A stretch of 64,000 nucleotides of DNA. It comes from Sedimenticolaceae bacterium. GTDB lineage: Bacteria; Pseudomonadota; Gammaproteobacteria; Chromatiales; Chromatiaceae. Positions 17,458 through 28,160 of the stretch are shown one piece after another (position 1 is the first letter of the stretch; each line of letters opens with the position of its first letter). The notes below the pieces were generated by a model. The model was not told the origin of the DNA. It searched no databases and saw only the letters and a program-made list of their open reading frames with translations. A program made the translations under genes and the position numbers. The DNA lies in contig JBNKJS010000004.1 of assembly GCA_050291365.1 (NCBI GenBank), positions 84,307-148,306 of the forward strand, given 5' to 3'.

Positions 17458-19278
17458 ATGTCCAGCAAAACCAACACTTCATTTGCCCAGTTAGGGCTAT
17501 CTGACGCCGTCCTCAAATCTGTGGAAGAGATCGGCTATGAGGCTCCGTCTCCAATTCAGGAACAGAGTATTCCTCCTCTGCTCTCGGGAAAAGACATTCT
17601 GGGACAGGCCCAGACAGGAACAGGCAAAACTGCAGCATTCGCTTTACCTCTGTTGAGTCGTCTTGACGTATCAAGGGCAGAACCGCAGATTTTGGTACTT
17701 ACCCCTACCCGGGAGCTTGCCATCCAGGTTGCCGAGGCCATGCAGACATATTCTAGGCATATTCGCGGCTTCCATGTGCTACCGGTTTATGGAGGACAAT
17801 CCATGGGTATCCAACTGCGCCAACTGAGTCGCGGTGCCCATGTGGTTGTTGGTACTCCCGGAAGGATAATGGATCACCTTCGCCGCAAGACCCTGAAGCT
17901 GGACTGTCTGAGCAGCATCGTCTTGGATGAGGCGGACGAAATGTTGAATATGGGTTTTATTGAAGATATTGAGTGGATTCTGGAGCACACACCGAAACAG
18001 CGCCAGACCGCGCTATTCTCGGCAACCATGCCAAACCAGATCAAGCGTGTTGCCCAGCGTTATCTGAAAGACCCTGTCGAAATTCAGATTAAGTCCAAGA
18101 CCAGCACGGTGGACACCATAACCCAGCGCTACTGGCAGGTAACAGGACTGCACAAGCTGGATGCCCTAACCCGAATGCTGGAGGTGGAAGAGTTCGATGG
18201 AATCCTGATCTTCGTTCGCACCAAGACAGCAACTATGGAGCTTTCTGAAAAGCTACAGGCGCGTGGATACTCTTCTGCAGCACTGAATGGAGACATGAAT
18301 CAGGCCTCTCGAGAGTCCACTGTGGAACGGCTAAAATCTGGCAAGCTGGATATAATAGTTGCGACCGACGTGGCGGCACGCGGTCTGGATGTGGAGCGCA
18401 TCAGCCATGTCATAAACTATGACATACCAAACGACACCGAGGCCTATGTACACCGAATCGGCAGAACCGGACGTGCCGGACGCAAAGGTGATGCAATCCT
18501 GTTTGTTTCTCCCCGTGAAAAGCGCATGCTGTACGCCATCGAAAAGGCCACCAGGCAAAAGATCACCCAGATGCAGCTCCCCAGCCACAAAGAGGTCACT
18601 GGCCGCCGGGTGGAGCGCTTTCAACAGACCATAACCGATGCCATAACCTCCCAGGACCTGAACTTCTTCGAAGAGCTGATCGCTGACTATCAGGGAAAAC
18701 ATGATATCGAAATGAACCAGATTGCGGCCGCACTGGCATACCTAAGCCAGCAAGATCGTCCGCTGCAAATAACAGAAAAAAAGAGGTCGTCCAAAGAGAG
18801 CGTCGAGCGTTCTGATCGGCCTACAAAACCGAACAACAGACAACAACGATCAGAAAGACCCAGCGCAGATAGCTATGCAAAACGTGAAAGAAGAGAGCCA
18901 AGAGACTCGAAACCAGAAGATGGCATGTTGCGCTACCGCATAGAGGTTGGCAGAGAGCATGAAGTAGAGCCGAAGAACATCGTGGGGGCCATTGCAAACG
19001 AGGCCGGCCTGGAGAGTCAGTACATCGGACGCATCAGACTACATGATAACTACAGCACAGTAGACCTGCCGGACGGAATGCCAAAGGATATTTTTAAACA
19101 TCTTAAACGGGTGTGGGTATGCGGTCGTCAGTTAAACATCACCCTGGAAGGAAGCGAGCGGGTTTCCGGCACTGAATCAGCTCAAAAACCCAAACATAAG
19201 GGCAAGGCAAAACCGAAAGATAGAAAACCTGCCAAACGTAAGCCAAAGAGTAGAAAGAAAAAGAGTCCTGCTGACTAG
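17458..19278 (+). CDS. deaD: DEAD-box ATP-dependent RNA helicase DeaD/CsdA
   Basis: 606 aa. Q-motif, AQTGTGKT, VLDEADEML, SAT, HRIGRTGRAG, a DbpA-like RNA-binding domain, and a basic K/R-rich tail. Confidence 0.93.
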   Translation: MSSKTNTSFAQLGLSDAVLKSVEEIGYEAPSPIQEQSIPPLLSGKDILGQAQTGTGKTAAFALPLLSRLDVSRAEPQILVLTPTRELAIQVAEAMQTYSRHIRGFHVLPVYGGQSMGIQLRQLSRGAHVVVGTPGRIMDHLRRKTLKLDCLSSIVLDEADEMLNMGFIEDIEWILEHTPKQRQTALFSATMPNQIKRVAQRYLKDPVEIQIKSKTSTVDTITQRYWQVTGLHKLDALTRMLEVEEFDGILIFVRTKTATMELSEKLQARGYSSAALNGDMNQASRESTVERLKSGKLDIIVATDVAARGLDVERISHVINYDIPNDTEAYVHRIGRTGRAGRKGDAILFVSPREKRMLYAIEKATRQKITQMQLPSHKEVTGRRVERFQQTITDAITSQDLNFFEELIADYQGKHDIEMNQIAAALAYLSQQDRPLQITEKKRSSKESVERSDRPTKPNNRQQRSERPSADSYAKRERREPRDSKPEDGMLRYRIEVGREHEVEPKNIVGAIANEAGLESQYIGRIRLHDNYSTVDLPDGMPKDIFKHLKRVWVCGRQLNITLEGSERVSGTESAQKPKHKGKAKPKDRKPAKRKPKSRKKKSPAD

Positions 19279-22200
19279 AGCCCCAGCTCCTTCCAGCGCT
19301 TTTCCAGCCTCTTAAGGGAGATGGGATAGTCGGTCTTTAGCTCCTGCGCAAACAGAGACACCCGTAGCTCCTCAAAGGACCAGCGCAGCTCATCGATGCG
19401 CTCATCCACCTTGTGATTGTGGCGGCACCTTTCGTCCCACTCCTGCCACTTCTGGTATTGGCTCTGCATCTCACGTAGCAGTTGTTGATCTCTGGCAGCG
19501 GCATGGTTTAGCTTTTCCAGCCTAAGGGAGATCGCCTTTAGATAGCGTGGAATGTGTTGTAGCTGCCGGTAGGGGGTAAATTGTAGAAAGCCACGAAACA
19601 CCAGGCGATCCAACTGCTGGTTTATATCGGTGACAGACGCCATCCAGTTTATCTTGTTGGCGCTTGCCAACTGTTTTCTCACCTCTTGATAGCGCTCTAG
19701 AATCTCAGCAGTCTGCTTTACCACATCCTCTGCTACACCCATCAATCGCCCTTTGCATTGTTCTATTCTGGCCTGGAATTCGTCTGCATTATGAATAGCC
19801 GGCATATCTTCAATAAATGTCAGATCCACAATCAGCGCTATAAACTCTGCCAGAAGATCGGGTGCGGATTTCGTATCATAACCCTTGGGTGCCGCGGCCG
19901 CCTTGGCATACTGCAGCTTCATCTTCTCTAGCCCGGGAAGATTGCGCTTTAGATAACGAATATCCTGGGTTAGTTTGAGCATAAACAGGCGCCGCAGACC
20001 GGAGCGCATAGCCCTGTCGGCGTTTGGCCTGGAGTCCATCACCCGAAGCGAGACACTGTCACCCTCATCTACCAGGGCCGGAAATCCCTTTAACTTGATG
20101 CCACCAGAGTCCAGTTCAACTGACTCCTCCAGTTCGCCAAAATCCCAGTCGCTAATCCCTTCCCTTTCCAAACCCTCTACAACCAGGGGCTGTGATGCAC
20201 TCGATGTCGCGCCAGCATGTCTTTTTCTTAGCTGGGTCAGATCCCGTCCCGATTCAATAACCACACCCTTGTCGTTAACCACCTTGAAACCCATGCGCAG
20301 ATGATCTGGTATTGCGCCCTCATCCCAGGCATCTTCTGGCACATGCACACCAGTCATCGCCTTAAGCTGTTCCCCCAACTCACGGATCAAAGGCTTGTCG
20401 GACGGCTGCATACGCTTCAGGCAGGCATCTGCATACTCAGGCACCGGCACAAAGGATTTACGCAACTGTTTGGGCAGACTGCGCATCAGGGCGATAATGC
20501 GCTCACGCAACAGTCCCGGCACCAACCATTCACACCGCTCTTCTGTAACCTGATTTAGTACCGCTTGCGGCACCTTGAGGCTCACCCCATCCATGGAGTG
20601 ACCTGGCTCGAAGTGGTAGCTCAAAGGTAGTTGCATGCCGTGCAGATCAAGGGTGTCGGGATAATCGGTATCTGATATGGAGTACTGGTCACGTCTACAC
20701 AGATCCTGTTCCCGCATGTGCAGAACCTTTGGGTTGTTAGAGACCTCTTGGCGCAGCCAGCGCTCAAAGTCTGGCCCAGTAAAGATACCATCTGGAATAC
20801 GCTGGTCGTAGTACTCATAGATGGTCTGCTCATCCACCAACAGGTCACGTTTCCTGGATTTGTGTTCCAGGCTTTCGATATGCTCCAGCAGCTCTCGGTT
20901 ATGACGCCAGAACTTGGCCCGAGTATGAAAGTCACCTTCAACCAAGGCAAAGCGGATGAAGATCTCCCGCGCCTCCACCGGGTTGATGGGGCCATAGTTC
21001 GCCTTACGTTTTGCAACCAGGGTAATCCCAAACAGGGTAACTCGCTCATAGGCCCCGACCTGCCCGCGTTTTTTCTGCCAGTGGGGCTCTGAATAACTAC
21101 GTTTAACCAGATGACCAGCCACCGACTCCACCCACTCTGGGCGGATGCTGGCCAGGGTTCTGGCATAAAGTTTTGTGGTCTCCACCAGTTCAGCCGCCAT
21201 TACCCACTTGGGTTGTTTCTTAAACAGGCCAGAGCCGGGAAAGATCAGAAACCTGCTGTTGCGCCCACCTAGATACTCCCGCTCCTTACCGCTCTTCTTA
21301 AAACCGATGTTGCTGAGCAGCCCGGTGAGCAGCGCCTTGTGGATCTCTTCATAACCGGCCTCGGCCTGGTTCTCTTTGTAGCCCATCTCATGCATCTGCC
21401 CCCGCAGCTGATGATGAATATCGCGCCACTCCTGGGTTCGGTTCCAGGATATAAAGTTATCCCGGCAATACTGCCTGAACTTGCGCTTACTCAAATGGTG
21501 GCGCTGTTCCCGGAGATGGCGCCACAGGTTCAGATAGGTCAGAAAATCAGACTCTTCATCTCGAAACTGCCGGTGGGCCTCATCCGCCGCCTGCTGCTTA
21601 TCCATTGGCCGATCCCTAGGGTCTTGCACACTAAGGGCTGCGCCGATCACCAGTAGTTCATTCAGACAGTGGGTGTGGGCCGCTGTAAGCAACATGCGGC
21701 CGATGCGTGGATCTACCGGCAGACGAGCAATCTGACGACCGATCCTGGTCACCTTACGCGCACCGTCCGTGGCGCCGATCTCATCCAGGATACGATAGCC
21801 ATCCTTGATAAAGCGTCTGTCCGGGGGATCGAGAAATGGGAAGGATTCGATATCGCCAAAACCCAGGATCTTCATCTGTAGAATAACCGACGCCAGGTTG
21901 GTGCGTTGAATCTCAGGCTCGGTAAACTCCGCCCGCGACTCAAACTCCTCCTCAGAATAGAGCCGGATACAAACACCCTCCGCCACCCGACCACAGCGCC
22001 CTTTACGCTGATTGGCGCTGGCCTGAGAGATACGCTCCACCGGCAGGCGTTGCACCTTGCTGCGATGGCTGTAGCGGCTGATCCGGGCGTAGCCTGCGTC
22101 TATTACATATCTGATACCTGGCACAGTAAGAGAGGTCTCAGCCACGTTGGTAGCCAAAACGATGCGGCGCTCTCCTCCCGGCTTGAAAATCTTCCCCTGC

Positions 22201-23258
22201 TCCCCTGGCCCCAGCCTGGCATAGAGTGGCAGGATCTCAGTAAGATGCATCTTGTGTTTACGCAGGGACTCTGCAGTCTCCCGTATCTCCCGCTCACCAC
22301 TGAGAAAGATCAGGATATCGCCCCGGTCAATACGGCTTAGCTCATCCACCGCATCCAGAATTGCCTGCTGCATCGGCTCATCCCGCTCACTGCTCCCCTC
22401 CTCTTCCGGCGGACAATAGCGCAGCTCCACCGGGTAGGTGCGACCGGACACATTCAATATTGGCGCACCACTAAACTGTTTTGCGAAGTGCTCCGGGTCG
22501 ATAGTGGCGGAGGTGATAATCAGCTTCAGATCAGGACGTTTCGGTAGCAGCTGTTTCAGATACCCCAGCAGAAAATCTATATTGAGGCTGCGCTCATGGG
22601 CCTCATCTATGATAAGCGTGTCATATTCATTGAGATAGGGGTCCCTCTGGATCTCGGCCAACAAGATGCCATCAGTCATCAATTTAATATGACTCTCAGG
22701 GGTGACATGATCATGAAAGCGCACCTTATAACCAACGCTGGTTCCCGGCTCTCTGCCCAACTCACTGGAGATCCTATTGGCCAGGGTGCGCGCTGCGATA
22801 CGCCTGGGCTGGGTGTGGCCTATACGCCCAAACCGACCTCGCTTAAGGGCAAGACAGATCTTTGGTAGCTGAGTGGATTTACCTGACCCGGTCTCTCCAC
22901 AGATGATCACCGCCTGATTTGCATCTATAAGTGCAGCTATCTCTTCCCAGCGCTCAGATATGGGCAGTTCCGGTGGAAAGCTGGGGGTTGGTAAACTATC
23001 TGATCTAAGATCCGCCCTCTTTTTAGAATCTTCTATTCGATCCAGCAGGCGAATTAGATCATTCTCAATCCCCCCTTTTGCCTTGTTTACCTTTTTCAGT
23101 TTGCGCAGAGTGCTACGCAGCTGATGCCGGTCGGATAGCATGCACTGTTCAATATCACTGTCGTTAGGGAGTTGTTGTTGCTTCACGGAGTGAAATTGTA
23201 CAGGAGGGACAGGATTTAATTCATCACCCATTTTCAGTGGTGTCTGTCCCAAAAACAT
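19275..23258 (-). CDS. hrpA: ATP-dependent RNA helicase HrpA (DEAH box)
   Basis: 1327 aa. GETGSGKST, IIDEAHERS, HA2/OB domains, and the long HrpA-specific C-terminal extension. Confidence 0.93.
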   Translation of the reverse strand: MFLGQTPLKMGDELNPVPPVQFHSVKQQQLPNDSDIEQCMLSDRHQLRSTLRKLKKVNKAKGGIENDLIRLLDRIEDSKKRADLRSDSLPTPSFPPELPISERWEEIAALIDANQAVIICGETGSGKSTQLPKICLALKRGRFGRIGHTQPRRIAARTLANRISSELGREPGTSVGYKVRFHDHVTPESHIKLMTDGILLAEIQRDPYLNEYDTLIIDEAHERSLNIDFLLGYLKQLLPKRPDLKLIITSATIDPEHFAKQFSGAPILNVSGRTYPVELRYCPPEEEGSSERDEPMQQAILDAVDELSRIDRGDILIFLSGEREIRETAESLRKHKMHLTEILPLYARLGPGEQGKIFKPGGERRIVLATNVAETSLTVPGIRYVIDAGYARISRYSHRSKVQRLPVERISQASANQRKGRCGRVAEGVCIRLYSEEEFESRAEFTEPEIQRTNLASVILQMKILGFGDIESFPFLDPPDRRFIKDGYRILDEIGATDGARKVTRIGRQIARLPVDPRIGRMLLTAAHTHCLNELLVIGAALSVQDPRDRPMDKQQAADEAHRQFRDEESDFLTYLNLWRHLREQRHHLSKRKFRQYCRDNFISWNRTQEWRDIHHQLRGQMHEMGYKENQAEAGYEEIHKALLTGLLSNIGFKKSGKEREYLGGRNSRFLIFPGSGLFKKQPKWVMAAELVETTKLYARTLASIRPEWVESVAGHLVKRSYSEPHWQKKRGQVGAYERVTLFGITLVAKRKANYGPINPVEAREIFIRFALVEGDFHTRAKFWRHNRELLEHIESLEHKSRKRDLLVDEQTIYEYYDQRIPDGIFTGPDFERWLRQEVSNNPKVLHMREQDLCRRDQYSISDTDYPDTLDLHGMQLPLSYHFEPGHSMDGVSLKVPQAVLNQVTEERCEWLVPGLLRERIIALMRSLPKQLRKSFVPVPEYADACLKRMQPSDKPLIRELGEQLKAMTGVHVPEDAWDEGAIPDHLRMGFKVVNDKGVVIESGRDLTQLRKRHAGATSSASQPLVVEGLEREGISDWDFGELEESVELDSGGIKLKGFPALVDEGDSVSLRVMDSRPNADRAMRSGLRRLFMLKLTQDIRYLKRNLPGLEKMKLQYAKAAAAPKGYDTKSAPDLLAEFIALIVDLTFIEDMPAIHNADEFQARIEQCKGRLMGVAEDVVKQTAEILERYQEVRKQLASANKINWMASVTDINQQLDRLVFRGFLQFTPYRQLQHIPRYLKAISLRLEKLNHAAARDQQLLREMQSQYQKWQEWDERCRHNHKVDERIDELRWSFEELRVSLFAQELKTDYPISLKRLEKRWKELGL

Positions 23259-23309
23259 CCTCTTCTCTGCAGGGTAACCGTACTAATTTAAAAGAAAACC
23301 CAATATTGG

Positions 23310-23335
23310 AGGATTTAATGCTTCATTTTAATCCT
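23310..23335. promoter_or_regulatory. Imperfect inverted repeat, candidate LysR-type operator
   Basis: AGGATTTAA-N8-TTTAATCCT (8 of 9 positions complementary) lies about 40 nt upstream of the LysR-family gene in the hrpA/lysR divergent intergenic region. AT-rich dyads of this size are typical LTTR autoregulatory sites. Confidence 0.3.
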
Positions 23336-23374
23336 TATAATGGATACCATTAAGTCTACAAATGTTTAGCTGGA

Positions 23375-24328
23375 TTGATTATGGCATCTTCACCTTCACC
23401 ACCATACTACAAGCAGAATCGTCTTAAACAACTGCGGGCATTCTGCAATGCCGCCCAGACCGAGAGTGTAAGCGAGGCGGCGGAGCGACTCTTTTTGAGC
23501 CAGCCCACCGTATCTCTGCAGATCCAGGCCCTGGAGCGCGAATTCGAGACCATGCTGTTTGAGCGCCGTGGACCCAAGATTCGCCTCACCCCAGAGGGCA
23601 AAACCCTGTATAAACTGGCGCAGCCACTGATTCAGGGCATTGACGGTCTGCATGAAACATTCATTGCCAAGTGTGGTTCCCTGGAGTCTGGTGAGCTAAA
23701 TATTGCAGCCGGCGAATCCACCATCCTGTACGTACTGCCGGATGCCATGCGCAACTTCTCCAACACCTACCCCAAGATCAGAATCAAGCTGCAGAATGTT
23801 ACCGGTCGTGACGGCATGAGCATGATCAGGGCCGACCAAGTGGACTTTGCTGTTGGCTCCATGTCTGAGGTAGCTGATGATATCTTTTATCATCCAGTGG
23901 TCTCTTATAAAACAGTTCTTATCGCCCCACTGGATCATCCCCTGTCGAAAAAAGATAGCGTGACCCTACAGGATATAAGCCCATATGGACTGATTCTCCC
24001 GCCACGCCACTTGAGTACCTGGCGCATGGTTGATCTGATATTTAATCAACACAACCTGAAATACCGAGTAAATCTGGAAGCCGGTGGTTGGGAAGTGATC
24101 AAGAAATATGTGGAACAGGGTTTGGGAATATCCATAGTCTCTGATGTATGTCTCAACGGTAATGAAAAACTGGTGCGCATTCCACTGGATGACTACTTCC
24201 CTGATCGTGGTTACGGAATAGTAATGCGACGCGGCAAATTCCTCTCCCCCCAGGCCAAGCGTTTCATCGAGATGATGGACCCTGAGTTTTTTGAGGCGCG
24301 GGATATAGCAGAACAGGAAACTATTTAG
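23375..24328 (+). CDS. LysR-family transcriptional regulator
   Basis: 317 aa. N-terminal wHTH (LKQLRAFCNAAQTESVSEAAERLFLSQPTVSLQIQALE) and a LysR substrate-binding domain. Confidence 0.88.
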   Translation: MIMASSPSPPYYKQNRLKQLRAFCNAAQTESVSEAAERLFLSQPTVSLQIQALEREFETMLFERRGPKIRLTPEGKTLYKLAQPLIQGIDGLHETFIAKCGSLESGELNIAAGESTILYVLPDAMRNFSNTYPKIRIKLQNVTGRDGMSMIRADQVDFAVGSMSEVADDIFYHPVVSYKTVLIAPLDHPLSKKDSVTLQDISPYGLILPPRHLSTWRMVDLIFNQHNLKYRVNLEAGGWEVIKKYVEQGLGISIVSDVCLNGNEKLVRIPLDDYFPDRGYGIVMRRGKFLSPQAKRFIEMMDPEFFEARDIAEQETI

Positions 24329-24375
24329 CTGGCAATGACTGCTCATAAATAACAGCAAGTATTTGAGTAAAATTT

Positions 24376-25845
24376 ATGGCTACTAAGATCAATCGATTTC
24401 TGTTTTTTATTTTTGTGCTTGTGCAACACCCAGCAGCACATGCCGCTATCACCTTTAGATTAAGAAAACCGGATGGAAGCACAAACTGGCAGCATGTAGC
24501 CAACTGGTCCGGCGGCATTCTGATCCTGTTATTGACTATAACTGTCATCACTATTTTCTTTACCTGGAGAAAGGCTCGCAAGGCCAATCATGAGTTACAG
24601 GCAATACGTGATGATTTGGAGTTGCGGGTGCAGGAACGCACAGCCACGCTGGATGAATCCAATCGCTTACTGAAAGAATCTAATCAACTACTTGAGCATG
24701 AGATCGCTCAGCATGTGACTACCGCATCCCGACTGCGCTCGTCAGAGTTCTATATCAAGGACATTCTAAAGTCCATGCCCCTAATGCTAATCGGCCTCGA
24801 CAAAGAAGGAGTAATTACCCAATGGAATAAGCGGGCGGAGCATATCACTGGAATAATGGCTGAACACAGCCTGAGCAAAAATTTGTGGGATGTATTTCCG
24901 ACTATTACAGTATCGCCTGAACAGATTGACGAGGCCGTTGCAAATAATGAAGCAACCACTATTAGATACAGTCAACCTGGTCAATACTACTACGATATAA
25001 CCATCTATCCGCTTAGTGAACAGGATGAGCCCGGCGTTGTCATCCTGATCGATGATATAACTAAAGAAATCCTCGCTGTTAACACTCTGATTCAGAGCGA
25101 CAAGATGTCATCTGTAGGAGAGCTGGCCGCCTCCATGGCCCACGATATCAATCCTCCACTCCAGTCAATTCTATCCGATCTAAGAATCTTCAAGCAGTCA
25201 CTCGCCGATAGCAGTATTAACCTCACTGAGCTCGGCAATACCGATAGACCTGAAACCCTTGAAAGCTTGTTGGATGATGCCTATGAAAAAAGTGAGCATC
25301 TGGAGTCCATTGTCCATAATTTTCAAGACTTCTCCCGTGCCAGCAGCAACAGGAAAGAAGTTTCAAATATCGTCGACATTATGGAACGAACCCTAGAAAT
25401 GGCTGGAGAGGTATTATCTGTTCCATCACAACTACGATTCAAAGACATACATATCGAAAGAAACTATCAAGAAGATCTGCCAACTATTCCCTGCTATGTT
25501 GCTGAATTACAGCATGTCTTTCTCAGCCTGTTTCGTCATGCCTGTGACTCCCTCAGACTTATGGAGCAACCCGACCGCACACCAACTATCAAGATTCAGA
25601 TGATCGTCTGTTATGACAATCTATGGATAAGAATTCATCACAACGGGCTGGGCCTGAGCAATGAAGAGCAAATGTATTTGTTCGAGCCGTTCTTCAGGAA
25701 AGATTCACCTGAAGTAAAGTACGACGCTAGCAAGCGACTGTCATTTCCCTACTACATTATTACAGAGCAACATCAAGGGCAGATAGCTGTAACCTCAGAT
25801 CTCAATGTAGGTACTACATTTCATATACAGCTGCCGCTGAAGTGA
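24376..25845 (+). CDS. Membrane-anchored sensor histidine kinase (2 TM, coiled coil, PAS, HisKA, HATPase_c); no cognate regulator adjacent
   Basis: 489 aa. H-box ELAASMAHDINPPLQS, and a C-terminal ATPase domain (HNGLGLS...GTTFHIQLP). Confidence 0.85.
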   Translation: MATKINRFLFFIFVLVQHPAAHAAITFRLRKPDGSTNWQHVANWSGGILILLLTITVITIFFTWRKARKANHELQAIRDDLELRVQERTATLDESNRLLKESNQLLEHEIAQHVTTASRLRSSEFYIKDILKSMPLMLIGLDKEGVITQWNKRAEHITGIMAEHSLSKNLWDVFPTITVSPEQIDEAVANNEATTIRYSQPGQYYYDITIYPLSEQDEPGVVILIDDITKEILAVNTLIQSDKMSSVGELAASMAHDINPPLQSILSDLRIFKQSLADSSINLTELGNTDRPETLESLLDDAYEKSEHLESIVHNFQDFSRASSNRKEVSNIVDIMERTLEMAGEVLSVPSQLRFKDIHIERNYQEDLPTIPCYVAELQHVFLSLFRHACDSLRLMEQPDRTPTIKIQMIVCYDNLWIRIHHNGLGLSNEEQMYLFEPFFRKDSPEVKYDASKRLSFPYYIITEQHQGQIAVTSDLNVGTTFHIQLPLK

Positions 25846-25908
25846 ATAACGATCAATCAAGTCTGAGCCGCTGCTGTCCCACTTATTTCCCCTATTAATT
25901 CTCTAGCA

Positions 25909-26679
25909 TTAGACCGCTTTTCTAGTGGAAAGCCCTATAAGTCCAATGAAACCACTTATAAACAACCAGACCGCCATTGGCAGCGGCACAGGTGTGGTAG
26001 TGGTCGAAGAGAGATAGACCCAGGCCTCATCACCAGCATGATTTGCTAGGGCACCACCTTGGCCACCGGTCTCCGAGTAGAGATAGACAAACGGATCATC
26101 TCCATAGATTGAACCTGCAAACAAACTATCTGGGATGTACATGAGAAGATCAGATGAGCCGCTTCCCGGCCCCCCTAGCAACGTTGCGTCTAGTTTAATC
26201 CAAGAGTCTTCTCCTGCATCTAGGTCATATATCAGTGTTGCCGCTCCAGCAAAACTGTATCCGGTCAGGTTGCCTACGTTAGATAGGTAAATTTCCACCG
26301 TATCTATAGATAACAGAGAGTTTCCATTCCCGGGTTCGTTCATATCAAAGGCGAATTCACGGTAGAGGGTTCCACCAATATCTACCAACTGTAGCGTTGA
26401 TCTATTGATAGCGTCATGCCTGTTGCCTGTTCCAAACTCTGTAGTCCCTTCAGTGTTGTATCCACGGTCACTAAAGGTGAGGAAATCTACCGCAGCACCA
26501 CTACCAAAACCGACAACAGACTTGTTGAAAAATTGCGCGCCATTGATTGTGCCGGAGGAAACGCTAGACGTAGACAGGTCCAACGTGGCAGCCTGCAACC
26601 AAGTTGTGGAAATCAGCATCAGAGATATCAGCACTACCTGGCGTTTGATTATACTTGCAATCATTGCGGTTGAATTCAT
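25909..26679 (-). CDS. Secreted protein with a C-terminal PEP-CTERM-like (VPLPA-type) sorting signal
   Basis: 256 aa. N-terminal signal peptide. The C-terminus is TTTTPVPLPMAVWLFISGFIGLIGLSTRKAV: a Thr-rich linker, VPLP motif, TM helix and a basic tail. Confidence 0.7.
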   Translation of the reverse strand: MNSTAMIASIIKRQVVLISLMLISTTWLQAATLDLSTSSVSSGTINGAQFFNKSVVGFGSGAAVDFLTFSDRGYNTEGTTEFGTGNRHDAINRSTLQLVDIGGTLYREFAFDMNEPGNGNSLLSIDTVEIYLSNVGNLTGYSFAGAATLIYDLDAGEDSWIKLDATLLGGPGSGSSDLLMYIPDSLFAGSIYGDDPFVYLYSETGGQGGALANHAGDEAWVYLSSTTTTPVPLPMAVWLFISGFIGLIGLSTRKAV

Positions 26680-26904
26680 TTTGCCACCTAAATCTTGAGT
26701 TTTGTAAACTGTTACACATCTATGGTCCCAAATCGTGCTCAGAACCTTAGACGCCGTTCACAAGTAATTTAATTCCTTAAGGTACAAAATCCATGACATT
26801 AGCTGATATTGTAGGTGGTCTTATAGGATTACAGCATTACTCATATGAGCTATATTTTTTGTGATTAATCAGATTTATTCTATTAATTTGTTGTTTTTAT
26901 AACT

Positions 26905-28065
26905 TTACTTCCTCAAGGGTGCTGGTTTGTTCAATCTCCCCAACTGGAAGGACAGATCCAGCTCTTCATCCTTCTGAATTAAACTCCTTCTTAACACCCC
27001 GAGTTTTACCTTGTCTCCAGGCGACTCATCCATCAACAACAGCTTTAGATCCACCACATCCTTTACCTGCCTGTCGTTAACCCTGAGTATCAGATCGTCC
27101 TTTTCTACCCCCGCCTTTATTGCAGCACCCTCCGGGACCAGATCCTTTACCTCTACCCCTCCATCACCATCCTCCAGAAATATACCCAAAACACCAGGTT
27201 CTGGCAGTTTCTCCCCTGCCCCCTGCACCAGGAAATCGGCTATATCCAGTTCCAGCGTGAAATCTCCAGATGGAAGGATTATCGCCCTTTCGCCTTGCAC
27301 CCTTCTACTGACCCGTTGTGGTATGCCAGAGCCATACATAAGGTGCCCAGAACCAGCCAGCACCACAAGCTGTCGCGTTGGATTTGTCTGTATATATTCG
27401 GCTGCTCTTGCTGCCATCCCCTCATCCCACAACAACTGCACCTGCAAGAATCGCTCAAAGCCTTTCTCGTTCTTGTGTGGATGCTTGTCGTAAATCCCTC
27501 TCAGACGCTCCTGGTACTCTTTGTCTGAATAGTCTATCTCGCCTGGTATCTGTCTCTTCTCATCTTCTGATAAACCATCAATTCCTTCTTTAGATACCTT
27601 AGTAACTATCTCCTTGGGTATATTCAACGCTATAACAGGTATGCCCTGCTCACGAGCATAGGAGAGGATGGGACGATAGAGCCGATAATCAAATCCCCAG
27701 CGATCCATCCATTCGCTTTGTCGAATCAGATCTTTCTCATCAATCTCTCCAGTGATAAAGCGATCTAATACGTTCTGAAACGGTTGTTGGAACTGTTCCA
27801 TGCCGATTGCGATGTTTGGATTTTTTGCATGCAACTGGCGAATAATCTCTAACTGGGTAAGGTGATCAGCATAACTATCATGGGTCTCACCCAGATATAC
27901 CACTCGAACGGAGAGGACTTTTGAAACAACACTCTCTAATTCCATACTATCTCTCAAGTTCAGGGCCTGGCGTGGGATTATCTTATCAACTGGCTGGGCA
28001 TGGGCTATACAGGAGCAACCCAGTAATATTAGTGCAATAAACTTAGAACTGCTTCTAGGTTTCAT
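26905..28065 (-). CDS. ChaN/Tiki-superfamily lipoprotein with a C-terminal PDZ domain
   Basis: Start set at ATG 28065 (MKPRSSSKFIALILLGC, lipobox LLGC). GxxH motifs (YLGETHD, LAGSGHL) are typical of the ChaN/TIKI/TraB superfamily. The C-terminal PDZ-like region is GIFLEDGDGGVEVKDLVPEGAAIKAGVEKDDLILRVN. Confidence 0.65.
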   Translation of the reverse strand: MKPRSSSKFIALILLGCSCIAHAQPVDKIIPRQALNLRDSMELESVVSKVLSVRVVYLGETHDSYADHLTQLEIIRQLHAKNPNIAIGMEQFQQPFQNVLDRFITGEIDEKDLIRQSEWMDRWGFDYRLYRPILSYAREQGIPVIALNIPKEIVTKVSKEGIDGLSEDEKRQIPGEIDYSDKEYQERLRGIYDKHPHKNEKGFERFLQVQLLWDEGMAARAAEYIQTNPTRQLVVLAGSGHLMYGSGIPQRVSRRVQGERAIILPSGDFTLELDIADFLVQGAGEKLPEPGVLGIFLEDGDGGVEVKDLVPEGAAIKAGVEKDDLILRVNDRQVKDVVDLKLLLMDESPGDKVKLGVLRRSLIQKDEELDLSFQLGRLNKPAPLRK

Positions 28066-28160
28066 AACATCATATTGCCGGATTTGATTAATAAGTACAT
28101 TCCAAACTAGTATAAGATACAACCAATGATTGAACACTCTTCTAGGATATATGTTTGAAT

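Noticed and set aside
19275-19278. deaD and hrpA are convergent and share the palindrome CTAG as overlapping stop codons. M1 peptidase and cytochrome c4 likewise abut as TAATTA at 30270-30275, with no terminators.
   Set aside because: This is real in the sequence but is just tight packing of convergent genes. There is no evidence of a functional element, so I record it only as a curiosity.
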